A stretch of DNA of 64,000 bases, taken from positions 1 through 64,000 of the forward strand of contig JAPEUD010000037.1 of the NCBI GenBank assembly GCA_026026165.1. The letters run 5' to 3'. Shown piece after piece: positions 1 through 11,076 of this stretch. Below the pieces are notes generated by a model that did no database searches, had not been told where the DNA came from, and saw only the letters and a program-made list of their open reading frames with translations. This stretch comes from Sarea resinae (Eukaryota). The position numbers were made by a program, and so were the translations under genes. Positions within the stretch are counted from its first letter, which is position 1; each line of letters starts with the position of its first letter.

Positions 1-1471
1 GTGTAAAATAGTGTAAAAGCTCGGTAGTCTCCTTCCCGAGGCAGAACTGGTTATTGTCCTATTCAAATATAAAAAGCTTGCCTGCTTATGAGACTGCTAG
101 GCCTGTAGATGGGCGGGTCTGTGGTTCGTGGTAGAACTTCCTCATGATAGGAAGACAGATAGATATGCAGTAGGAGTGGATGAGCTATCTAGATCCGTCG
201 AGGAAAGCTTTGGACGGAAAGTGCGTGGCACAAGCGAATCGATGACATTTCCCGCGTGTGCGCTCCTGGCTCTGTCAATTCCTTGTCAACAAACAAAAGC
301 CAGATATCAGATCAGCAAGACTCTAGGCAGAGCGAAGTTGCTTTCCCCCCCTATCCCTATCTCACAAGACAGCGTTAGAGCACAGGGTGCGACAGATCCT
401 AGACCCGGCAAAGAGTTGCCTAGGACAGGTGTTAGAGTCGGGCTTATTCGACTGCCCACTGGTGTGTTTTATAGCCATCCTGGAAATCTCCCTACCGGAC
501 AAGAAACTGCTATTCTGTGTTACGGCAGTATACTACAGATAACACCAGAACTTGTCCCTCAATCCAGACTTCCCCGTCGGTGTCAAGGCGTAGCAGCTCT
601 AAGCACCACCTTATTGACCTGAGCGTAGGAAACCTCCCCTCCCCTCCCCTCCCCTGCCCCTTCCCCTTAACAGCGCTTCACCACAGCTCCCTCCACAGCG
701 ATCAAGGAAGATTTACGGGCCGTCCCCACCCCACCCCGCCCCGACCTGGCTGGCCGACCCGCCGACTGTCTGCTCGACTCGACCTAACCGCGGAAAGGCA
801 ACAGCGGATGTCGTCGCCATATGGCCGTTCGTATTTGCTTGGTCGAGGCCGAAGAGGCCGGCGAAGATACAGGGGACGGCGGAGTATACTATATACAGAT
901 CGAAGGCGGGTGAGAGAAGAGAGGATGAGATGAGATGAGATGAGCTGTGGATGTGAATGGAAGCGTAGGGATCGCGAGCATGACACAAGACGCCGAGGGT
1001 GAAAGACACGTTGGCGAAAGTAGCTCAAGGCAGACCTGGCCGGTGATGAATGAACAGCAAACAAGGAGGGAAGGGCCGTTCTCACTGCTGTTTCGAAACG
1101 AACGCATTGTCCTAGCGCTAGGCAAGGCATTTGTAGCATGGATACCTATCTCGAGTACTAGTAGGTCAACAAGTCGCAATTGATAGGGGCCAGAGAGGTA
1201 GAGGGTGGATCATTTCGTTTATTCTACTCTGGGGATTGGCCGTCTGGCCTGTCCATCCTTCTGGCTGTCCACTCGTCTGATGCGAAACACTGATTGCGGA
1301 AAGAGAAAGAACAGAGAAAGGTGACCGTGGCATGAATATTGGCATGAATGCGTAAAAGGATCAGAACAGCGTGAAAACATAAATCGTGTACAGAGTAAGC
1401 CCTAGGATACAAACAGCGCGGAACATAAACCGTGTACGGAGTAAACCCTAACCAAAATAAACAACGCCCGA

Positions 1472-3247
1472 TCATTTGCCCCCGTCCTTTTCGGTCTTGC
1501 TGCCGAAGATCAGATCGTATGACCTGCTGATCCGATTGCATGTCTCTGTCTTATTGCCGCTCCGTTTTCCACTTTCTTGTGCTTGTCCTTGTCCCCGCTT
1601 GCTGCTGTTCGCAGTGACTGCTCTCCCTCGCCGCTCGCCCTTGTCGTCTTTGTGCTTCTCGTCCTCGTCCTCCCAGGCCGAGAAGCCAAAGCCGGGCTCA
1701 CACGCGACCCACTTCATCTTCTCGTAGACGGCTTTCTCGATATCGCGGCCGAAGCGACGCTCGGAATCGGCGGCCGAGCCGTACATACGCCAATCGCGCT
1801 GTTCGAGGCTGTAAGGGTCGAGTTTGGGAGGGCGATCGCAATGGAGGAAGAAGGGGCGCGGGTCGGGGAATTTGCAGGCTGGTGGTGAAGATGGGGATGG
1901 TAAAGAAGGACTCGAGGAGGGCGACGCTAAGAGGGAGGATGCTGTGGAGGCGGGTTGCGTGGTGTTGCCAGCGTGGTGGTTCAGGCAGAAGTCGTCCGAG
2001 GGATGGGATTGGATCATCGCATAGCCTTGGAAGGTGTAGTCGCTTGGGTGACCCAGGGGCTCCGGAAGAGTGTGGACAAAGTACGGCTCTTTCGTCTCCA
2101 GCGAAGAAGAAGAGGAAGACGAAGATGAAGAAAAAGGAGAATTGGTGAGGTTGTTAATCACACGCACAGCAGCAAGAAAGGTATCTTTGTCGCCCTGTCC
2201 CGGTCCGTCTTGCGTTAGAAGTGGATAATAAAATTCGCCGTAGGTGTTGTAGTACGCTGCTAGCAACAGCGCCGGGATATGGTGAGCCTTGGACACAAGG
2301 ATCTGGCCGGCCTCCATGGTGGGCGTTGACAGGAAAGCGGCGGGCGCCAAGCCGGCGATGGAGTAATACTGTGACGAGGCCGTCGAGGTCCAGTAGTCCG
2401 GCCAGAGAACCATGCGATGCGAGAGAAAGGGCTCCGACACGAACAGCTCGTCGGGTTGGCGCACGGGAAAATCATCGGCGTCGAGGAAGAGCACGGATTC
2501 AAAGGACGAGAACAAGATGGCGAAGATCTTGAGCTGGTACTTGGTGTAGCGGAATCGGAGTTTGCTTGTCTCGGTGACGTCTGACACGAAGACGCAGCGG
2601 GCGTTCAAGGGCGGTAGCACCTCGTCGCAGATGGCGGGCTCGTATTCATCCGCCGAGGACATAAAGACCTCAACCGGCAGCGTGGTTCCCGTATCGCGGA
2701 GCATCAGAAGAGAGACCAGCATGATGGGGAGGAAGCGTCCCCCGGCAGTAAAGACGATGCCCCTGGTGTCATTGGTGTAGGGCAGTCTCAGAGCCGGGGC
2801 GCGCGCCATCATGTTCTCCACGAACCACGCATGCTTGAGCTGGAGGTCCTCGAGGTCCTCGTGGGACATGTCGATTTCCTGGTCTTCGGGCCATGTGGCA
2901 CTGTCGTCCCACTGATAGCGCAGTGCGTACGCGTGGGATCGTGGATTCGGAATCGAGGCCTGCGGACGGGCGGCGGCCAGCAGCTCAGAGAAAGACGGCC
3001 AGAAAGCTTCCTGCGACGTGTCGAGGAGAGGCTGTTCGGGAGCTGGTGCAATGCTATGGCTGCTGCTGAGGACCGAGCGCTCGGACGGGGAATACGGCCA
3101 CGAGCCGTGCGAGTAGATGTAAAAGAGTGAGATGCTGGCGAGGAGGGCCAGGAGCAGGATTCCTGCTTTCCGGCCGAGGTCTTGTCGCATCGGGTCGTGG
3201 ACTCGTGATTGGGGTCTCTCTGGACGGAGAGACCGACGACTCTTCAT
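1472..3247 (-). CDS. Alpha-1,2-mannosyltransferase, GT71 (Mnn2/Mnn5 family), intronless; start may be the second Met near 3190
   Basis: N-terminal signal-anchor (AGILLLALLASISLFYIY); motifs RGIVFTAGG, LPVEVF, YQLKIFAILFSSFESVLFLDAD (DxD), LWPDYW, EAGQILVSK, GQGDKDTF. Confidence 0.9.
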   Translation of the reverse strand: MKSRRSLRPERPQSRVHDPMRQDLGRKAGILLLALLASISLFYIYSHGSWPYSPSERSVLSSSHSIAPAPEQPLLDTSQEAFWPSFSELLAAARPQASIPNPRSHAYALRYQWDDSATWPEDQEIDMSHEDLEDLQLKHAWFVENMMARAPALRLPYTNDTRGIVFTAGGRFLPIMLVSLLMLRDTGTTLPVEVFMSSADEYEPAICDEVLPPLNARCVFVSDVTETSKLRFRYTKYQLKIFAILFSSFESVLFLDADDFPVRQPDELFVSEPFLSHRMVLWPDYWTSTASSQYYSIAGLAPAAFLSTPTMEAGQILVSKAHHIPALLLAAYYNTYGEFYYPLLTQDGPGQGDKDTFLAAVRVINNLTNSPFSSSSSSSSSSLETKEPYFVHTLPEPLGHPSDYTFQGYAMIQSHPSDDFCLNHHAGNTTQPASTASSLLASPSSSPSLPSPSSPPACKFPDPRPFFLHCDRPPKLDPYSLEQRDWRMYGSAADSERRFGRDIEKAVYEKMKWVACEPGFGFSAWEDEDEKHKDDKGERRGRAVTANSSKRGQGQAQESGKRSGNKTETCNRISRSYDLIFGSKTEKDGGK

Positions 3248-3788
3248 CTGCGTCTGAATCGCATCCTTATTTGCATTTCAAGCAATCATCTCGTCGGCTC
3301 ACTACTGTTGTGGCGTCGTCACGTCTTCCTTTTGCATTTCCCGGTATTTGATGTGACCGGCATATTCAGCGCGAGATGTACTAGTAGTGGGGTGTAACCT
3401 TATCGCTTATGGGTTGAGGGATACCAGAATGGCACGGCAATGCATCGATGAAATAGCTATTCATTGAACAGCCTCAATTGCACCCAATTACGGCTCACGC
3501 CCCGGGCAACATATGTGATAGTTCTCGAGCCCCTCGAGAAAGTGAACTCTGGTCGAATGTTGTTGCTGTGTGCCTCGTAATGCTGCCACGTCATGTCCGC
3601 GCGTAGCGTCCATGCTGACAGAACTACAAGGATCAAGGTGAATGGGCGAAGCTTCATCAGAGGCTCCCTAGACTTTATTCAGAACACACAAGGATCAAGC
3701 GTTGTTCAAGCATACACTTTTACGGAGGAAATCACGTCAGACTGCGATGGTCGAAGACGTGAGATGAACATATGAGGAAATCTCCATC

Positions 3789-5539
3789 CTACTCTCCCTG
3801 TCTCAAACGCTTCATCGGTCCATACGTCGACGTGAATACACGTACTCGTCTCCCGAAGAAATACAAGGGGATGGCCATGAGAAGAACAAAGTACTGAATG
3901 GCAACCATCTCTCCAAAGGTCTAGAGGAATCAGAACGGAGCACAATTGGACATCTCCATCACTCACATTCTGGAGGCCGGTTGCTTCTTGCCAGTTGACG
4001 ATAAATAGAGCCAGAATGGCTCCAATGGTCCCTCGCAGCACAAAGACCGTGACCAACGCTTCCGCGGCAAGCTACCAAAGTTGATCAATAGCTCTTGGAA
4101 ATTGTCAGGGGCTGAGCTTACTCTTTCATATGAGTCGCTAGCATAGGTGACGGCAATGTTCGAGACTGCAGTCAAGCCGAAGCCTTGCATTGCGTATCCG
4201 AACGCGGGCCCAACCCAGCTAGTTTTATGAGCCACGCATAAGCCAAAGACGAGCACGCCCATGGGCCCAAAGAAAGCCGGAAACACCATTGCGGGTAGTC
4301 TGTATTCTGGCTCTCTGCGTCCATTTCGCTTGGTCATTGCTCGAGAGGTCCAGTCTATCAGCACACCGCCGATCAAGAATCCGAATAGTGCCCCTATGAA
4401 GCCCGCGATTGAGAGAAGGCCTAGGCTTCCGATTTTCCAGTCGTATGGTGGTTGGGTGAATGTTCGACTGGATGTTAGCTGGATGACGATGTTCCTATCG
4501 GAATCAGTACTGCAGGACGACCCTTTGAGCATACTCACCATCCGGTAAAGACGCCTACAGCGAGCCCTGTGAACGTTACGGGCGGGTACGCAGCCATTCC
4601 CAGGACGGTGAGAAAAGACTTGAAGAATGACGCATCGCGGTTGTATCCTCGGAAAATAGACATGGAGGCCAGCCAACTCCGCTTCGGAGGATATGATTCA
4701 ACGGGGGCAGTGAGCTCTTTGGTGCGAACGTAATTCGTCTCATGGATGGTGAAAGTCCCCACCGTAAGAGTCACTGCGGACGCAATTCCGAGAAACCCGC
4801 AAGTCCATCGCCAGCCGGAGTTTTGGACGATATAAGCGTTGATCAATGGACCGAGGAAGAAGCCTGCGCTGAGCGCCGTATGGAAAATCATCATGGACGT
4901 TCCACGCTCGTGGATGAAGAAAAGATCGACGATCAAGCCCGACACGGTAGCATCAGCGGCCGCTGCGCCGAATCCAGACAATATCTTCGACGCCAAGAGA
5001 GCATTATAGCTATGGGTTGAGTAACCCCACCAGTTCATACCGGTCAGTATAGCCAGGCCCGCCAAGAACACCGGTCGTTTTCCGACAAGCCGCATCATTG
5101 GAATCCAAAAGATATTACCCAGACCAAGAAGCAGTATGTTGAAGACAACCAGGAATCCGATGCGGGTCTGACTTTCTTCAAATTCTTTGGCCAGAGGCCG
5201 TACGGCGACGGTGAAATTGCTAGCGTTGACCGTGGCCAGGAAGGTGAAGAAGCAAACGGTGAGGCAGGTGGTATACTTCTCCAGCATTGTCCAATTCTGC
5301 GCGAAGGGAAACATTAGAAGATTGTTTCGTCTGTGAGGTTTTGCTGGATGGTTTACCAGCGGATCATTGGGATCCATCGACGGCTGAGGCCATCGTGATC
5401 GGCCATCGAAAGTCAGATGCTTCTCCGACTCGATGACTGTCCCTGCGATATCACCGCCTTTAGTCCCATATGCTTGAGCGGCGATTTCGCTATCCCGAGC
5501 ATGCTCAATGTCTAGGCCTTGACTTGTGTTCGCCATCAT
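3789..5539 (-). CDS. Major facilitator superfamily transporter, 5 predicted exons
   Basis: PQPSMDPNDPL/NW motif, GKRPVF, DLFFIHERG, GWRW, EPEYRL; introns approx. 5297-5356, 4496-4538, 4072-4122, 3922-3966; stop TAG at 3789-3791. Confidence 0.88.
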
Positions 5540-6963
5540 GGTCGAGAGGATGGAAACGAGCCATCTCTCTGTTACGACGAGATATATGGTCAGGTATGAG
5601 CCATTTGATTGCCATCTGATGTATTGAACTCGGTCGGAGATGGGAGGAATGGGTTTGGTGCTCCCACATGGAACAGGTGTCACGGAGAAGACAGTGGGAA
5701 AGAAGGCTTTGCTCCGAGTAAGAATCCTAGAATCTCACACCACCACGGTGTCCTACCACGGTGTCCTGTAAGCATTGACGAGAGATCCGATGCACCGAGC
5801 AACACAGATCGGGGTTGGCGACACTGGCATGGTGCATTTGCGGGGTCCCGCACCCGCATCATCTGCAAGGCATCAATTGCACTCCAAGTAAACTGCCCAG
5901 TGCTGGAAGCCATCATATCCCTCTGGAACCTGAAGAAGCTCTCCTGTCATCTTGCATTCTCTTGTCGTACTTGAAAGCCCTGCCACCTGCACCGGCGTGG
6001 AGAATCGATTCGTCAAGGTCTTCTTTCGTGTTACCCACCTGCATCTTCCCCAGATCCCGATCAAACCACCGTGGTCGGTCCACCTAACCAAATATATGGC
6101 TGAGCGCTTCTTCTTTATCTTCATCTGGATTCCTCTTCCATGTTGGTTACGTCAAGCTCGACCGGCCACCAACACCAAGTGCATCATGACAAAGACATTC
6201 CCTTGCTACCCTGGCTGCCGCCGCCGTGGAGCCACCACTTCCACGAACTCGATGAAGTCGATAGACCAGATTATAAAGGAAGACTTAGAGTCGGATAATG
6301 CTCTACTCAAAATGAACAACCACCACAGCTAATACTACGACTACTACTAATACAGCTACGGCCGCCACCATATGATAGACGCCGTCATTAGCAGAGTAAC
6401 CTGTCGAACCCGGGTAAACTCGAGAATAATGTTGTCCCTTGTCGTGAAATTGAACTGCCGTGAGAAGTATCTAATCGTGGCATGGCATCGCGTTGCATCG
6501 TGCCGCGAGTGGCTTGACCTCCGCGGACAGCAAAACTTCCTCACCTTTTAGCGTATTAGATTGGTCGGTCGATTAGTGATTTGGTTGGGGAGAAGACGCT
6601 GCAGACCGTGCTGCGTTGTGCTATGGTCCGACGAAGGATGCATGTCACTCTTCTTCGGATAGTCCCAAAAACAAGGGAGAGGGAGTGATCTGTATAGATA
6701 TCTAGTCTTTGAAGATTAGACTTGACCCGACATAAGCAGCACCGTCATAAGTAGCAACGTTATAAGTAGCAACAGCAAACCCAATCTCTTCCCGGCGAAG
6801 AATTATAAACTCCTAAAGAACAAAGAGATGCCAAGATAATAAAACGAAAGCCAGGCTGCTGAAGTAAACACCTCGCCCAGGCGTGAACACTTCATGACAT
6901 GCTCTTCATAAATTTCGCCTAAATCCGTGGCCACACACCTGACACAAACATAACGAACCAGGT

Positions 6964-8514
6964 TCAGTTATGTTCAATGACGCCCTCGTCAGCCAACAGC
7001 CCATGCTCGTGCTCGAGCGTCTCATCATTCGGCCTGCCCAACCACCGTCTCAACGGCGGTCGAACGATATCGTTGAACAGGAAGGTGCCATAAACCAACA
7101 GCGCAAATCCCAGAACCTGCAGCCATTTGAACGTCTCCCATCCTAGACCCAACGAGACGATCCAGATGAAGAGCGTCCGACATGTGTCGATTGTCGAGCG
7201 CGAGGTTGCCGACACCGTGCGGGTTACAGAGAGGCCGAAGAAGTTGAAGCCGCTGTTAGGTTCTCTTATTAGCATTGAATACTCGATGGGGAGCATAGAT
7301 TTGGTTAGACTTAAGAAAGAGAAGAGAGAGACCTACCCGATACTAATCATAATCAAGACACTAGACACAGCAATCGCTCTATTGTGAGTGAATTCCCACC
7401 AGCCCTCCCTCGCATCGAAATACCCATATTTTCCTTTTTCGGTGCGTCCAATAGCAAAATGCAAGACTATCATTCCCAAAATCGTAACAAGGAACCCGAA
7501 TAGCCCTTCCCAGCCGACTACTTTCAATGGTTCCAAAGCGTAATGTTCGAGGATCCACTCCTCGAGCACAAATTGCGTGGCTGTGAAGATTTGCGCTCCC
7601 GCGATGAACAAGACGCCAATTATTGTACGGACAGCTTCGGGAGTGCGGGCGGTTGTGTTCACATGTTCGGCCGTAGCTCGCACGAACAGTAGCGCGTGGT
7701 CGACATGGTCTTTCGCCGATGAAGAAGGCGTAGCTTTAGGGTCCTTGGCGATGGCGCCAGCGAGGCCAACTATAGCGACTCCAGCCACGACGATAAAAAG
7801 AGCAATCCATTGGTAGAGAAATAGCCTGCGACGAAGGAAGAGAACACTGAAAAGGCCAACGAAGAGAACAAGCGCCCCACGAGTCATTTGATATATGCTA
7901 GCCGCTACGAAAAGTAGTCCCACATTCATGAGAGTCGTGCCAGCAATATCACAAATGGCCGGCAGAGCAAGCAGTAAGACTTTCCATCCGTGTAGGTGTA
8001 TCCTGTCATCGTGGTCGTGAGGAATGAGTGGCTTCGTCGCGGCAGGACTGGGCGTCGCCAGACCCGCAGGGATATCGATATCAACTTCTGCTTCTTCACC
8101 ATCTGCAGCTACCGCTGTCGAGCTGACGGGTTGGTATCCGTTTTCATGTGTCGATGACTTGCGGGCGAGGTACTGGCGGTAGATAGCAAAGCCGGCGACG
8201 ACAAGCCAGCACCCCATTTCGCCGACGAACATCTGCGCGCTGCATAGCTATTAGACAAGTCGTCCAGCGTGAGTCACTCGGGTGGGGAAACACACGTCTG
8301 AACCACAGGTTGCTCGAAATGCTGGCGTTTCTTGGGGTTGCTGGAGTGGCAGTGGCGTACACATTGCATGTCCTACTCGAAAAGGGATTTAGCTCTGACT
8401 TTAGGAATCACAGGTGAAAGGGCTCCTGACCTGATACTTTGTGAGCAGTGTATTACACACACCTGTTAGTAGCATCATGGCTACCAGAAAGGGCACCACA
8501 GCCTTGGTCGCCAT
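6964..8514 (-). CDS. SLC35F6-like / nucleotide-sugar transporter (DMT superfamily) membrane protein, 4 exons
   Basis: Spliced reading MATKAVVPFLVAMMLLTGVCNTLLTKYQ/DMQCV...FEQPVVQT/AQMFVGEMGCW...LPAICDIAGTTLMNVGL...SIYQMTRG...VGWEGLFG...FNFFGLSVTRTVSATSRSTIDTCRT. Confidence 0.88.
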
Positions 8515-9264
8515 CTTGTGGATATTGTGAATAAGTATGTAGCCGGAGGCTGGGCTACCGGTGGGGTCGAGCTTGTAGACGGGACTAGATGCCAGCCATA
8601 GAATGAATCAACAGAAGTCAGGCTCAGAAATGCACTGCCTGCAATGAAGATGCAACTGCTACAGGATGATCAAGGATGAAGAGGGGCGAAGATGATGTTT
8701 TAGGTAGCTGTCTTTGTTGATGAGGTTGATGAGGCCGATGAGGTCAAGGCACAGCCATCCACGGATCTATTGAGGTCGGCTTCCGGGGGGGATGACGGAT
8801 GACCTCTCGGCCGCAGCGCTCGGCTGCAGGGACCGCGTGGGGATAAGGAAGGTATCTCCGTACCAATTCTAGACTGCACACTTGACCACCTCAACTTCAT
8901 CCACAATACCGATAATACAAGACACCACACGACACTGCAGCCAAATGATGAATTCTCTAATCACAGCAGATGCTACCAAAACCCAATGCTGTCCGTTTTA
9001 GAGCTTGGACGCAAACCCCCACCTCATTCTCATCCACATCCCAAAACTCCTCGGCAGAATCAGTCGATAAATCTCCTCCATCCACAAACCAACTCAAAAG
9101 CCATCTGGGGTATAAGCCCGACGAAGAGAAAATGAAAAGCGCCGGTAGATGTTCAACACCAGAAAGACATCTCGCGAAAGGTAAACCGCAAATTGCCTCG
9201 TTATCCATGTATGAAAGCAAATGAGATCGGCATCCAACGAAAAGCAGATATGGAATTCATCATC

Positions 9265-10405
9265 TTATCCTCTATTCATCAAGTCCAGTAGTCCAGTAGC
9301 TGCTCGTCCCTTGACCACGCTGCTCGTCAAGTGCACCTCGTCATTCTTGTCCCTAGGATTGTGGTCCTGTCTGTCTTGGCTGTCTGGCGGACTGCTTAAC
9401 TGCATGGGCGAATGGTCGTCTCTACGTCTGGAGATAACAGGCGTCTTGAATCTATTCTCGCCATCCTCGACGTCCGCTTGCTCGATATCCCCTTCGTGAT
9501 GACGACCTTCCACTTTTGGAGGGGATGACGGAACGTAGAGATCGCCTATGCTTTTGGAGTAGGCAGTCGGAGCAAGTATTGGCGCTGGTAGAAGCTTGGG
9601 AACAAGGTCGGGTTGTTCGTCGGAAATGGACTGTTGCGATGACCCGGAATCTTCAGAGTCAATCGTGGCTGATGGGATTATGGGCTGTCGTCGAGGTGCA
9701 ATCTCTAGTTCGGAGAGAGGCACGCTGGTCTGATTCGTCCGCACCTTATACATTGCAACCCTCAAACGTAGACGGAGCAGCTCGGCTTGCTGTTATACAT
9801 TAGAATATGTCATCATCGAAGCATCGTCTAGACTTACCGATGAAGCAGTAGGTTGTTCGGGTGCAGGAGTCGCGCCTGCGTCGGCTTCATGCAGCTCCAC
9901 GGCAACCGGAGCATCCCTGACGGCATCATAGTCGACGAGAGAAGACATTGACTGGTTATTGGTGGACTGCGATTGTTCCTCTAGACCCTCTTGGCTGGAA
10001 CGCGCCTCTGGGGATGGTTCTGCGTCGCTCGTATGATTCTGTGGTTCCTTCGGGTATCTATTTAGCTTGCTACCATGCCTCAAGGTTTTCATTGCTCACA
10101 TTTGCAGGTGGAGATGGCAACGGCTCGACACGAGGAGCACTCGAGGAAGCTGCCTTCTCGGCGAGCCGTTCTGGCTTGAGGCGTATCTCGGTTCGAGTCT
10201 CAGCATCATCTACCTCTGCGATGCTTCTCTTCCGGCCTGAAGAGGCATCTTTCCTTGGACTCAAGGCGAAAGGAACAGCTTTATGCTCCAAAGCAATTGC
10301 CTTGGGAGATGCTGCCGGGTCCTTGAGCTTCGATGGTGTTGTTGACATGTTGACAGGAAGATCCCCCAGGACGCGTCTCCCGGTCTTTACTGGTGTGGCC
10401 GGCAT
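9265..10405 (-). CDS. Nrm1/Whi5-like G1/S transcriptional repressor, 3 exons
   Basis: N-terminal D-box-like RRVLGDLPVN; GTB/Whi5-type motif LRLRLRVAMYKVRTNQ after intron approx. 9790-9837; C-terminal LTSSVVKGRAATGLLDL; several S/T-P sites. Confidence 0.75.
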
Positions 10406-10489
10406 ATTATGAGATCTGAAGGCAAAGCAAGACAAGTAAAGGGCAGAATATATGGGTCGAAGGCTTTGAGTTCGGTGGGGACTGCTGTC

Positions 10490-10786
10490 ACGCGTGGAGC
10501 AGCCGCGCGATCGATATAGTCATCCGCAAGGGTTTAGAGGTAAATGAATGCGAATGACCTCCCAAGTCGTGCAGACGAGAAGTTCTCGAATCTGACGCGT
10601 ACTTTGAAAAAGAGACAACGAGACCAAGGGAAGTTGTTGAGCAGTGCTTTATGTATGTGTATTGTGATGGTAATTGAGATTCGAGATTGGAGCTTCGAGA
10701 AGGGCAAAGGCGAGCACGAGAAGCGGTACGAGGTACAAACTTGTACCGTGTCGGCATGGGTCTGGGGTGGTCCGTGGCAATCGCGT
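10490..10786. promoter_or_regulatory. MCB (MBF-binding) elements upstream of the Nrm1-like gene
   Basis: ACGCGT at 10490-10495 and 10595-10600; ACGCGA on the minus strand at 10781-10786. Confidence 0.6.
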
Positions 10787-11076
10787 CAGGCACTACAACA
10801 TGATACCTCTTCCGTCAATCGTCTCGAGCTTAGATCTTTCACTCTTCAATGCAGGCCGTGGCAAACGCCACCATCATGGAGCATGGTGACAGAATCATCT
10901 CGCGAGGATTGCATTATCATAGTAATTGAAATCTCATCATCTTAAAACATTAAAGAATCGATCCACGATGAAAGGTCCTTTTCCGAGCCTACAGGCCAAG
11001 CCAGTCCTCAGAGCCAATGCTCCTTTCGCCTTTCGCCAAAACCAGCCCTCCGACCGTCCCCAAACATCAAATGCAA

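Noticed and set aside
3442..3452. GCATCGATGAA, resembling a 5.8S rRNA motif
   Set aside because: Only 11 nt; the flanks do not continue the rRNA sequence.
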